Below are positions 54,787 to 64,000 of a DNA stretch of 64,000 nucleotides, piece by piece. Position numbers and translations under genes: made by a program. Source of the stretch: an uncultured archaeon (GTDB lineage Archaea > Aenigmatarchaeota > Aenigmatarchaeia > PWEA01 > JAGHBM01); NCBI GenBank assembly GCA_964584335.1, contig CAZOZN010000003.1, positions 54,929-118,928 on the forward strand, given 5' to 3'. The number at the start of each line of letters is the position of its first letter. Within the stretch, counting starts at the first letter, position 1. The notes beneath the pieces are model-generated. The model saw only the letters and a program-made list of their open reading frames with translations. It had not been told where the DNA came from and did not search any database.

Positions 54787-56471
54787 TATTTTAACTCCAC
54801 GAAATAATTTCCCATAGCCATGAATTTGTTTTTTGTCCTAATCATAACATCGATAACATCTTTGGGTGTGTTAACTATAGGATAACCGTGCAAGTTTAGG
54901 CTTGTGTTTAGTATAGCACCAAGTCCTGTGTTTTTCTTTACATTCTCTATTATTTTTCTGTACATTTTGTTTTCATTTGTTACCATCTGTGGTCTCGCTG
55001 AACCATCAACATTTATTACAGAAGCCATTTTTTCCCTAAATTCTTCTTTTACCATAAATCCCATTGTCATAAATCTTTCTATATAATCATAGTCTTCAAA
55101 TATTCTCTTGGATTCCTCTTCCAGTATTGATGGACAGAACGGTTGATACCATACTCTTTTCTTTATCTTTAGGTTTAGGTCGTCTTTTGACTCAAGAGAT
55201 GATGCAGAAGCCATTATACTCCTGTTTCCCAATGCTCTCGGACCAAATTCCATTCTACCCTGATAGAGAAAAACTATTTTACCTACTGAAATCAAGTCTG
55301 CAACATTTTTTTCTATGTTTTTATCATAGTAGTAGCTTACTTTTTTGTTGTTTTTCAGTTCTGATTCTATGTCTTCTTCCTTGTAATCGGGTCCTAAATA
55401 GACGTTGTTAAAATTATATTTCCATTTGCCGTTTTTTTCGAAATTTAGATACAATGCTGCACCAAGTGCAAGACCGCCATCACCCATGTGTGGAAAAACG
55501 AACCATTTTTTTACTTCTGGTATGTGTCTTATTTCCATATTTGCTTTTATGTTTGATGCAACGCCTCCTGCCCATGCGATATTGTTTATTCCAGTCTCTT
55601 TTATTGAATTTTCAAACAGTTCTACCATTTTTCTTTTTAAGGTTTCTTGTGCCATCCAAGCGAACTGTTCTGGAGGAGTATGCCATAATATTTTTCTTAG
55701 CTCCTTCCACATTCTCACAGAAGAATATTTCGCCTTTAAGTCCATTCCATCTACTTTAAAAAAATCTAGCATATGATTTTTTTTATCAGGTATTTCAAAT
55801 GCGAAATCAGACAAGGCCATGACCTTTCCCTCGTCCTCTAGTTCTCTCATTCCCATCAGATTTGTTACGTGTTCAAAGAATATTCCGAGGGAGTTTTTTG
55901 ATGATATTGAAGATATTCTTTCTATTTTTCCCTTATCAAATACATTTACGCTTCCCGAAAGACCGTCACCAACACCATCTATAGTCAATACAAGTGATTT
56001 GTCAATTCCCGAGCAAAAACCTGCTCCCGCAGCATGCGCCATGTGATGGTCTATTATATTTAGCTCAAAATCTTTAAACCCCATCTTCTTCAGATTTTTT
56101 CTTAAAAGTTTTTCGCTCATTTTTTTTGTCGGATAACTTGGTCCTATTTCTGTCAGCTTGTATTTCCAATCTTTTTTCCATCTGGCGAATTTGGGGTATA
56201 CCTTTCTTCTTCTTAATAAGTAGTATTTGTCTTTTAGTGATGGAAAAGCTCTTGTTAATGTTTTAGAAAAGTCGCTCGTGCATGCAGCAACAGTTTTGAT
56301 ATCATCGGGTCTTAATTTAAGATAATTTAGGCAGCACTTTATTGATTCTGTTGGAAATCCCACGTCTAATTTTTTTCTTGTAATCCTTTCTTCGTTTACA
56401 GCTACTTTTATTTCGTTTCCGTCAACTATAGCAGCACCGGCATCGTGACCGTCCCATATACCTAGAATCAT
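54786..56471 (-). CDS. NodU/CmcH-family carbamoyltransferase
   Basis: GHDAGAA, NEERITRKK, DHHMAHAA, IDGVGD, EGKVMAL, MEFGPRALGNRS, LNTSLNLHG. Confidence 0.95.
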   Translation of the reverse strand: MILGIWDGHDAGAAIVDGNEIKVAVNEERITRKKLDVGFPTESIKCCLNYLKLRPDDIKTVAACTSDFSKTLTRAFPSLKDKYYLLRRRKVYPKFARWKKDWKYKLTEIGPSYPTKKMSEKLLRKNLKKMGFKDFELNIIDHHMAHAAGAGFCSGIDKSLVLTIDGVGDGLSGSVNVFDKGKIERISSISSKNSLGIFFEHVTNLMGMRELEDEGKVMALSDFAFEIPDKKNHMLDFFKVDGMDLKAKYSSVRMWKELRKILWHTPPEQFAWMAQETLKRKMVELFENSIKETGINNIAWAGGVASNIKANMEIRHIPEVKKWFVFPHMGDGGLALGAALYLNFEKNGKWKYNFNNVYLGPDYKEEDIESELKNNKKVSYYYDKNIEKNVADLISVGKIVFLYQGRMEFGPRALGNRSIMASASSLESKDDLNLKIKKRVWYQPFCPSILEEESKRIFEDYDYIERFMTMGFMVKEEFREKMASVINVDGSARPQMVTNENKMYRKIIENVKKNTGLGAILNTSLNLHGYPIVNTPKDVIDVMIRTKNKFMAMGNYFVELK

Positions 56472-56511
56472 TTAATACACCCCTTTTAATTACTAAATAC
56501 TCAAATATATA

Positions 56512-58152
56512 TCAAACTTTTATGTTTTCTATAGTTTCATATATTGTTGCGTTGTAACCCCTGAAGTTGTTTTTCGTCGAATTAAATATTTTTACTATTT
56601 TTAGATTTAAATCCTTTGGCTCTATCTCTTTTTTTAATAATTTTTTATAATCTTGCGGCAATCTCCTGTAAGAATCTTCCCATATTATATCCAGGCTTCT
56701 GCCACCTCCTATTATTATATACGATCCCTTAGGAATTTCTTGTCCTTCATATAATATATTTATTTCTTTATTTAGTGAAAAGTAGTACTCTAGCATTGTT
56801 TTGGCTCCGTCATCTGTGTAAACTTCTTTTTCTGGGTAGTTTTTTATGAAATCGTAAACATTCTCTAGGTCTGATGTGCCACTTTTTAGAAATTTCGTAC
56901 TTCTGTTTACAAAAAATATTGATGTAACAAAAAGGAAAAACAATAAGGACATAATAAATATATTGTTGTATTTTTTTGGTATCTTTAATTTTTTAAGTTT
57001 TATTTTACTCAAGCTATATCCTAACATAATCAGTGCAGGAATTGTTAAGACACTCAGATATCTGGGTCTTTTATACATCATAAAGTATTCTATCCCGTTT
57101 TTACCCGTCTCGATAAATGTAAATCCAAACTCAAGAAACAAAAATAATATAACAAACCAAAGCATAAAGAAAATTCTTTTTTCTTTGCCTTTCTTTATAG
57201 TATTATAAGAGAAAAAAATTATTGACGGTATTATAAAATAATAAAAAAATCCAAAGTAGTTTATCATACTTTCAGGGTCTTCAACCGTATGCCATAAATT
57301 GAAAAATGTTTTTGAATGCTCAAGAAACATATGGTTTACGTATTTGAATTTTATTATACCTCCATCTATTGTCTCTACTGGCCTTGAATGGTAGTTGTTG
57401 CTTATTGCATTAAATGCAGAATTCTTATGTAATAAAAAATCTGAATTATAATACTGATATAAACTACCTTCTATTGTAAATATCAAAAGGAATCCAACAA
57501 ATAACAGAAGATGTTCTTTTTTAAATTTACCTTTAATATAGAGAAAAATCATGTAAATTATATATACCCCTATCAGAATCATGCCAACGATTTTTGTTAA
57601 GTAAACCAACCCTAGGAATACTCCCGAAAAGAAAATCAGTATCTTATCATTATTTTTTATCCCCTTCAGGAAAAAGAACACGGAAAGACCGGAAAAAAAT
57701 GCCATAGGTATATCAGGCACTATTCTTGTCGAATAAATTATATTGAGTGGAAATATAGAGAATAAAAAAGCTCCTATAATACCGGTTTTTTCATTAAAGA
57801 ATTCCTTTCCAAATAGGTATATCAATATTAAAGAACCAATTGAGCATAATAAAAGGTATATCGAAGTCGATAATTTATTTACACCAAAGATTTTATAAAA
57901 AAAGGCAACAGGCAAATATGTCATCAATCTAAAGTTTCTTGGTCCCGAGTCACTTTCTGGTATTTCAAATCCCTTTTCCAGCGTATTTAATGAAAGTTTA
58001 TAATATATTATCTCATCCTGTGGTTGAGCGTCTATAAAACCAATATAAAAATATGACCTGATTAATATGGCTAGGATTATTATAAGAATCAGGATTTTAG
58101 TTTTGTCTTTTTTAAAAATTTTACTTATCATTATTTTACACGACTTTCTCAT
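56512..58152 (-). CDS. GT-C (family 39-like) membrane glycosyltransferase
   Basis: QDEIIY, STRIVPDIP, YLTK, RPRYL; true start probably 58131. Confidence 0.82.
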   Translation of the reverse strand: MRKSCKIMISKIFKKDKTKILILIIILAILIRSYFYIGFIDAQPQDEIIYYKLSLNTLEKGFEIPESDSGPRNFRLMTYLPVAFFYKIFGVNKLSTSIYLLLCSIGSLILIYLFGKEFFNEKTGIIGAFLFSIFPLNIIYSTRIVPDIPMAFFSGLSVFFFLKGIKNNDKILIFFSGVFLGLVYLTKIVGMILIGVYIIYMIFLYIKGKFKKEHLLLFVGFLLIFTIEGSLYQYYNSDFLLHKNSAFNAISNNYHSRPVETIDGGIIKFKYVNHMFLEHSKTFFNLWHTVEDPESMINYFGFFYYFIIPSIIFFSYNTIKKGKEKRIFFMLWFVILFLFLEFGFTFIETGKNGIEYFMMYKRPRYLSVLTIPALIMLGYSLSKIKLKKLKIPKKYNNIFIMSLLFFLFVTSIFFVNRSTKFLKSGTSDLENVYDFIKNYPEKEVYTDDGAKTMLEYYFSLNKEINILYEGQEIPKGSYIIIGGGRSLDIIWEDSYRRLPQDYKKLLKKEIEPKDLNLKIVKIFNSTKNNFRGYNATIYETIENIKV

Positions 58153-59803
58153 ATATTCTTAATTTATAGGACCTGTAACCTGCAATTCTGTTTTCAACTT
58201 CCTTTAAAAGTCTCAGTCCCAGTTCTTCGGGTTCTGTTTCTTTTCTTATTAACTTCTGGTATTTTTCGGGTAAATCTTTTATAGGGATAGCCCCGCTTAT
58301 GTCTATACTTCTAGACCCTCCCAATATTAACAAGGAACCATTTTTTATTTTGGTTTTATCATCTAGGACATATATGTTTTCTTTTTTATAACCAGATAGG
58401 TATTTCATTATGTTTGCAGCTGCTGGGTCTGTATATACTTTCTTTTCTGAATTTTCAATGAATTTATATGCAATTTTCAAATCACTCATGCCATCTAGAA
58501 TATATGACCTGCTTCTTTGTGTAAAGTAGATTGAACTCAACAGTAAGAATGACAGCGCAATTAAAGTTATTATCTTGCTATTTTTTTTGAAATATACAGA
58601 CAAGTTTTCAGGATTTATGAACCATGCAAGTATAAGCATTGAAGCTGGCGTCAGTAAGTTCAAAAATCTTGGTGCTTTGAAAAGCATGAAATATCTTATA
58701 AATCCGTTAGATTGGTCTATTTTTAAGAATCCAAAGTCAAAGTAGATTAACAATAAAATTATCCATATTAAAAAGAAATAATTTAAATATTTTTTGTTTT
58801 TTTCCTTGTAGATTTTATATGAAAAAAATATTACCGATGGGACTATTAAGAAGTAAAAGTATCCGAAATAATTTATTTGGGTTCTTTTTTCGTTAGGAGT
58901 CCAAAGACCAAAAATAGTTTTTGTGTGTTGTAAAAATGTTCCCGGATCGTATATTATCTTAGCTCTGCCCACCTCTATTACAGAATTTAGTTCTTCTATG
59001 TCTCCGCCGTTAAAACTGTATTTACTGAACCAAGCTTCTGAGACTATCTCTTGCCTTAAAAAAGGATTGCCTGTAAATGCAAAAAGATATGAGCTTTCAA
59101 GAGCTATTATCAATCCAAACCCTAGTATGAAAATAAAATAAAAATATTTCGTGTTCTTCTTAATTGATTCTAAAAGTAAAAATATGACGTATATTCCTAT
59201 GAATAATACTGCTGTAAATTTTACTAGATATCCCAATCCCAATAAGATACCAGATAAAAATATATATGACTTGTTTTTTTCTTTTATTCCCTTCAAAAAA
59301 ATAAAAGATGAAAAAGTGCAGAAAAAGAGAAGAGGAACATCGGATATTATTCTTGTTGATGATATTATGTTTAGGGGAAATATTGAAACTAGGAAAGCTG
59401 CTATCAGGCCTGTTTTTTTACTGAAGAATTCCTTTCCCATGAAGTATACCAGCGTAATTGTCCCTATTGAGCAAAGAAAACACCAAAAAGATGTTGTTGT
59501 ACCGTTTACTCCAAAAATCTTGTATATTATGGAAGTCGGCAAGTATGAAAGTATCCTTAATGAGAAAGTGTCTTGTGGACCGAAATTGTAATTTTCTTCT
59601 AGATTTTTGTATTTACTCAATTCAAGTGAGTTTATCGATGCTTTGTATGCCAGCTTATTGTATATAGAATCGTCTTGGGGTAATGCATTTGTAAGTCCCG
59701 TAAAGAAGAAAATCCTCAAGAAAATAGCTATTATTAGTATAATTATAATTATTTTATTTTCTTTAATTATTTTTATTATGTCCATTTTATTTTGCCCCTT
59801 CAA
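58136..59803 (-). CDS. GT-C (family 39-like) membrane glycosyltransferase
   Basis: QDDSIY, STRIISDVP, YLVK, APRFL; true start probably 59785. Confidence 0.82.
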   Translation of the reverse strand: MKGQNKMDIIKIIKENKIIIIILIIAIFLRIFFFTGLTNALPQDDSIYNKLAYKASINSLELSKYKNLEENYNFGPQDTFSLRILSYLPTSIIYKIFGVNGTTTSFWCFLCSIGTITLVYFMGKEFFSKKTGLIAAFLVSIFPLNIISSTRIISDVPLLFFCTFSSFIFLKGIKEKNKSYIFLSGILLGLGYLVKFTAVLFIGIYVIFLLLESIKKNTKYFYFIFILGFGLIIALESSYLFAFTGNPFLRQEIVSEAWFSKYSFNGGDIEELNSVIEVGRAKIIYDPGTFLQHTKTIFGLWTPNEKRTQINYFGYFYFLIVPSVIFFSYKIYKEKNKKYLNYFFLIWIILLLIYFDFGFLKIDQSNGFIRYFMLFKAPRFLNLLTPASMLILAWFINPENLSVYFKKNSKIITLIALSFLLLSSIYFTQRSRSYILDGMSDLKIAYKFIENSEKKVYTDPAAANIMKYLSGYKKENIYVLDDKTKIKNGSLLILGGSRSIDISGAIPIKDLPEKYQKLIRKETEPEELGLRLLKEVENRIAGYRSYKLRIYEKVV

Positions 59804-61491
59804 GGCGCATAATAAAGTTCCGTTGTATACCTGTTAAAAACGCCGTAGTTTTTTAGATTTACTCTTTTCAGAAGTTCCCAGTTATCTGGAGTTTTGTTCA
59901 TAAAATCAGGGAACTTCCTTGACTTCAAAAGCACGTATGGGGAACCGTTTGTTATTACATAAGAATTTTTTATATAATCCCCAGAACTGTAATATTCATC
60001 ATCACAATCTATATTATCACACCCGTAAAGTGTCAATCTATTTCTATAAGTCTGATTATATTTGAAGTAGAAGCTCATCTTTCCAATAAGCCAGTGGTCA
60101 GATATGTATATTTTTTTATCTCCAATACCCCTTTCTTTTATGATATTAGAGACCTCCCTTACTTCTCCCATACCATTTCTTAAAAAAGTATGTGACTTGC
60201 TTGCGTAAAATACAGATGTAGATAAAAGAAAAGTTATTATCAGGATTCCCATAATTTTTTTATATTTGCCTCTTAGCGGGTTTTCAAATAAAAGCAATGA
60301 AACTATAATCATTGACGGTATATTCATACATATTAGAAATCTGGGTACTCTTGCCGCCACGCAATAATCCATTATTTCTGTACAAAAGAACTGAAGAAAA
60401 TATTCAAAAAACAAAAACATTGTTAATATCCATACTATTAAAAATATCTTGTATTTGTCTTTTTCTTTTCTGTACCTTACAAATCTGTATAAAAAATAAA
60501 TTATGCCTATCGTAACGAAGTAGTATAAGAAACCAAACAAAGGCGGGTCGTGTATCCATTCAAAGAAACCGATTTTGTTTTCATAGTTAACGTCTTCCAT
60601 TATCGGGGGTGTTAATAGATTCTTTATTACCCACCCTGTAAAATTTGGAATTCCTATCATGTTGAAGCTTTCTGATTCTAGGTTAAACATTTCCTGATAA
60701 TACCACATATAATCTGTGTTATCGTTGCCTCCTGTTTTGAAAGCACTTACTCTGCCTTTCATAGAGTGGAACCATTGACCGGTCGAATTATAAAAATATA
60801 AGTTCTGTAAACCAAACATAAGAAGAAATCCTATAACAAAAACTGAGAAAATCTTAAGATAATCTTTGGATAAATATTCCTTTTTTGTTTTTTTGTCTAT
60901 AAGAAGATAAAAAATCAAAACCGGTACAATAAGAAATATGTAACCTTTTGTTAAGTATCCTATAACCAGAAAAATTCCAGAAAAAAATGCGTAAATTTTT
61001 GATTTTCTTCTTTTTGCTCTAACAGAAAATAGTATGAATAGAGAAGAAAAAAGCATAAACGGTATGTCGGGTCCTATCTGAGTTGCATATATAACATCCA
61101 AAGGAAAAAAAGATAAAAGGAAAGCCGATACTAGTCCTATTTTTTCTGAAAATAATTCTTTGCCCAACAGGTAAGAAACAAAAACACAACCCAGTGAACA
61201 TATGATAAAATAAACTGAAGTCGATATTTCATTTATACCAAAGACTTCCCAAAAAAATACTATCGGAAGATATACTGCTATTCTGTTGCTCCAAAAAACT
61301 TCATTTGGCGCCCAATCATCTCCTTTGAATATATGTGAAGCGTATTCAAGATAGGCAAAATCGTCATAGAAACCCATACCTACAAAGAAGAAAAGTCTCA
61401 GAAAGAGTGCTAAAAGTAATATTAGAGTAAGTATTATTTTGGGGTCTGATAATTGTTTTTTTATTTTTTCATTAATTTTTTTATGTTTCAA
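59800..61491 (-). CDS. GT-C (family 39-like) membrane glycosyltransferase
   Basis: YDDFAY, ATQIGPDIP, YLTK, VPRFL. Confidence 0.82.
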   Translation of the reverse strand: MKHKKINEKIKKQLSDPKIILTLILLLALFLRLFFFVGMGFYDDFAYLEYASHIFKGDDWAPNEVFWSNRIAVYLPIVFFWEVFGINEISTSVYFIICSLGCVFVSYLLGKELFSEKIGLVSAFLLSFFPLDVIYATQIGPDIPFMLFSSLFILFSVRAKRRKSKIYAFFSGIFLVIGYLTKGYIFLIVPVLIFYLLIDKKTKKEYLSKDYLKIFSVFVIGFLLMFGLQNLYFYNSTGQWFHSMKGRVSAFKTGGNDNTDYMWYYQEMFNLESESFNMIGIPNFTGWVIKNLLTPPIMEDVNYENKIGFFEWIHDPPLFGFLYYFVTIGIIYFLYRFVRYRKEKDKYKIFLIVWILTMFLFFEYFLQFFCTEIMDYCVAARVPRFLICMNIPSMIIVSLLLFENPLRGKYKKIMGILIITFLLSTSVFYASKSHTFLRNGMGEVREVSNIIKERGIGDKKIYISDHWLIGKMSFYFKYNQTYRNRLTLYGCDNIDCDDEYYSSGDYIKNSYVITNGSPYVLLKSRKFPDFMNKTPDNWELLKRVNLKNYGVFNRYTTELYYAP

Positions 61492-63119
61492 ATATAACCC
61501 AGCCCCCTTAATCTTTCTTTTATTTTTTCTTTGTCTATGTCTTCTTTGTCTTTATCTTTTTTGGTTAAAGGGTTTTTTATTTTTTTATGTTTTATTTGGT
61601 TTTCTCTAAGATAATCTTCTTGAATTATTTCTTTCATTATATTTCCGTCAATTTTTTCAGGAATTCCTTCGTTTAGGAGGTACAATATTGTCGGCATTAT
61701 GTCTGTTATATTCCTTTCTCTTAATTGTGAATTTTTTATTGATTTACCACACGCGAAAAATATCCCATTGATTTTATGTCCACCTGTTCTGCCAACTGCC
61801 TGTGGTGTTATTAGTTTTTGTGAACCGAATTCAAACATCTTTACCGGAAGATAGTTCATTTTTTTATCGAAAAAAACCATGTCAGGTGCCAATTCATCTT
61901 TGCATTTACCGTATAACTCTTTTTTTGTATATATACAGTCAAACATACTTTCTCCGGACGGTTTTTTAATTTCCTTTAACTCTTTTTTTATTTTCTCTGT
62001 AAATTTATCGTAGTCTCCTATGTTTTCTTTCTTGAAGTAAAATTGACCGAATTCTCCCAGTGAAAAAACTTTACTTTTTTTAAGGTCTATATCATCAGTA
62101 GAAAGGAATAATTTTTTTGCAATTGACTCTAAAATAGATTTTGATTCAGACGTAAAAGTTTTTTTGTAGCTAATATTAAGCGGATTTAATCTCATTTTTC
62201 TCAATAAACTTAAAACGTTGTACTGAGTGAATCCTGAATTATGTAATATTTTTTTTATTTTTGTTTTTCTTTCTTTCTTTAGTTCTAGAAAACCTTTTTT
62301 TATTAGCCAGTTGTTTATGTAAGTTGTTTTATAAACTGGACCAAAGCCATGGTCCGATAAAACAAAAAGAGTTGTATCTTCGTCCATTTCATCTATTATC
62401 TTAGATATAAAACTGTCCGCTTTCTCGTAGAATTTGAACAAGTATTTTCCGAATTCATTTTTTTTGTATTTTGGATGTTTCTTATCTATATATCCCCACA
62501 ATTCATGAGAAAGCTCATCCAAAACGTGGAAAACACATATAATCAAATCCCATTCCTTGTTCTCTTTTAAATAATAGAATATTTTTTCTGTATTGTCCCA
62601 GCATCTATACTGGTCTTTTATAAACGCTTCTTCGTTGTTTTCTGAGTAGTATATTTCCGGCTGAATTTTAAATGAATTTAAATTTTTTTTAAGTTCTTCA
62701 TGTATTTCTTTTGGATAACAGTAGTTTGAATTGTTTTCTGGAGCAGGTAGTCCTGAAATCATTATACCGTTTAATTTTTCTGGAGGATATGTGAGAGGTA
62801 CATTTATAGAAATGACTTTTTTGTCTTCCATGTAGTTCCATACACATGGGCATTTTCTGTCTTTTGAAGTTGTCAAATCTTTTTTATATTCTTTTGTAAT
62901 TTTTAGAAAATCATATACCCCGTGTTTACCCGGGCCATTTCCTGTTAAAAAAGAAGTCCAAGCAGGCGGTGAGGATGTCGGTATTGTTGACTTCAATTTT
63001 CCGAAAGAATTACTTTCTTTTATATTTTTCAGTGCAGGCAGTTTACCTTTTTTCATCAGAAAATTTATTATTTTCCAGTCAGCACCATCTAAACCAACAA
63101 CTATAAACCTTTTAGGCAT
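61488..63119 (-). CDS. Alkaline-phosphatase-superfamily (type I phosphodiesterase/nucleotide pyrophosphatase-like) protein
   Basis: VGLDGADW, STIPTSSPPAWTSFLTG, SDHGFG, DIMPTIL, ERLRGLGYI. Confidence 0.9.
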   Translation of the reverse strand: MPKRFIVVGLDGADWKIINFLMKKGKLPALKNIKESNSFGKLKSTIPTSSPPAWTSFLTGNGPGKHGVYDFLKITKEYKKDLTTSKDRKCPCVWNYMEDKKVISINVPLTYPPEKLNGIMISGLPAPENNSNYCYPKEIHEELKKNLNSFKIQPEIYYSENNEEAFIKDQYRCWDNTEKIFYYLKENKEWDLIICVFHVLDELSHELWGYIDKKHPKYKKNEFGKYLFKFYEKADSFISKIIDEMDEDTTLFVLSDHGFGPVYKTTYINNWLIKKGFLELKKERKTKIKKILHNSGFTQYNVLSLLRKMRLNPLNISYKKTFTSESKSILESIAKKLFLSTDDIDLKKSKVFSLGEFGQFYFKKENIGDYDKFTEKIKKELKEIKKPSGESMFDCIYTKKELYGKCKDELAPDMVFFDKKMNYLPVKMFEFGSQKLITPQAVGRTGGHKINGIFFACGKSIKNSQLRERNITDIMPTILYLLNEGIPEKIDGNIMKEIIQEDYLRENQIKHKKIKNPLTKKDKDKEDIDKEKIKERLRGLGYI

Positions 63120-63148
63120 ATTAATATATTTTTTCTGTTATATTATAT

Positions 63149-63847
63149 ATGCATAGAGTTTCGGTAGTTTTGCCTGTTTATAATGAGGCCTCTGTTCTAA
63201 AAGATTCTGTCAAGAAAGTTTTAAAATATATGAATGGCCTGGGTTTTTCTTATGAAATAATAATAGCTGCTGATGGTTCCACCGACGGTACTTCCGAGAT
63301 AGCAGATGAACTTTCTTCTAATTACAGCCAGATAATTGTTTCCAATTCTAGAAACAGGCTTGGTAGAGGCAGGGCTCTTAAAAAATCTTTCAGGATGGCA
63401 AAATCGAAATATATGATTTATTTTGATATAGATTTGTCGACTTCTTTGGATTCTATAAAGGATGCAATTGATTGTCTGGATAAGGGATTTGATATATGTA
63501 TTGGTAGTAGATTGCTTCCCGCATCTAAAACCAAAAGGTGTTTGAAGAGAGAAATGTCTTCAAGAGGTTACAATATGCTTGGAAGGTTCTTATTTAATTC
63601 TAAAATAACTGATTTTCAGTGCGGTTTCAAGGCATTTAGTAAAGATACACTGCCTATAATATTGGAGTCGAAGAACAATCATTGGTTTTGGGATACTGAA
63701 GTTCTTATAAGAGCCGAGAAAAGAGGAAAGAAAATATGCCAGATACCTGTAGAATGGGTTGAAGACAGAAAAACTAAGGTAAATATTTTTAGGTGCATTC
63801 TGGGCATGGGAAGCAGGATGTTGAAATTAAGGTTCAGTTTACTTTAA
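63149..63847 (+). CDS. GT2 dolichyl-phosphate hexosyltransferase-like protein
   Basis: VVLPVYNE, DGSTDGT, FDIDLS, GSR, DFQCGFKAF, WFWDTE. Confidence 0.9.
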   Translation: MHRVSVVLPVYNEASVLKDSVKKVLKYMNGLGFSYEIIIAADGSTDGTSEIADELSSNYSQIIVSNSRNRLGRGRALKKSFRMAKSKYMIYFDIDLSTSLDSIKDAIDCLDKGFDICIGSRLLPASKTKRCLKREMSSRGYNMLGRFLFNSKITDFQCGFKAFSKDTLPIILESKNNHWFWDTEVLIRAEKRGKKICQIPVEWVEDRKTKVNIFRCILGMGSRMLKLRFSLL

Positions 63848-64000
63848 AAAATTTATGAATAATCTTATTTTGTCCGACAGGGAACCTATCTTAAATAATC
63901 TGAAAATCATTTTTGGTCTCATATAAAAATTCTTGTACGCCTTTCTTACTTTTTTCTTTAGGAATTCTTTTTTGAATTCTCCTGATTCTTCTGGAAAGAA
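63839..64000 (-). CDS. C-terminal fragment of a probable B12-binding radical-SAM protein (starts outside window)
   Basis: Manual translation ...KKKVRKAYKNFYMRPKMIFRLFKIGSLSDKIRLFINFLK*; AYxxFYxRP tail. Confidence 0.5.
   Translation of the reverse strand, partial: FFPEESGEFKKEFLKKKVRKAYKNFYMRPKMIFRLFKIGSLSDKIRLFINFLK

Noticed and set aside
451-61201. Numerous 60-180 aa antisense/overlapping ORFs rich in F, S, L and I
   Set aside because: Shadow frames of Lys/Glu-rich genes on the opposite strand

Overview
AT-rich archaeal chromosomal segment. GGTGA/GAGGTG ribosome-binding sites, TATA-box promoters, Orc1/Cdc6, Hel308, aTrm56, an archaeal ATP-dependent ligase and class III signal-peptide pilins indicate an archaeon, and the gene content is most consistent with a DPANN lineage (inference). 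In order, the window holds: a type IV/Tad pilus operon with a vWA adhesin; tRNA-Thr(UGU) split by two introns; crtI-crtB-lycopene-elongase-like carotenoid genes; bacterial-type NAD+ ligase and PolX; a PhoU regulator; cdc6 with two Zn-finger paralogues sharing an identical 51-bp promoter; alkD, hel308, tmk and a tandem ThyX-like gene; a VLRF1-type release factor, scpB, scpA and a short-armed smc; a class III RNR with a separately encoded glycyl-radical peptide; a DUF5320/NifX/DUF134 operon; a hybrid ThrRS; tRNA-Gln(UUG) split by three introns; and a GT-C/carbamoyltransferase surface-glycan cluster. The strongest unannotated signal is the two multi-intron tRNAs hidden under spurious ORFs. Their 59/60 introns are homologous, compensatorily structured RNAs sharing a CTTTT-N-AAAAG hairpin plus CAAAA(A)CTT motif, which also occurs free-standing in intergenic DNA. 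This suggests a small dispersed element family that colonises tRNA genes as bulge-helix-bulge (BHB) spliced introns.
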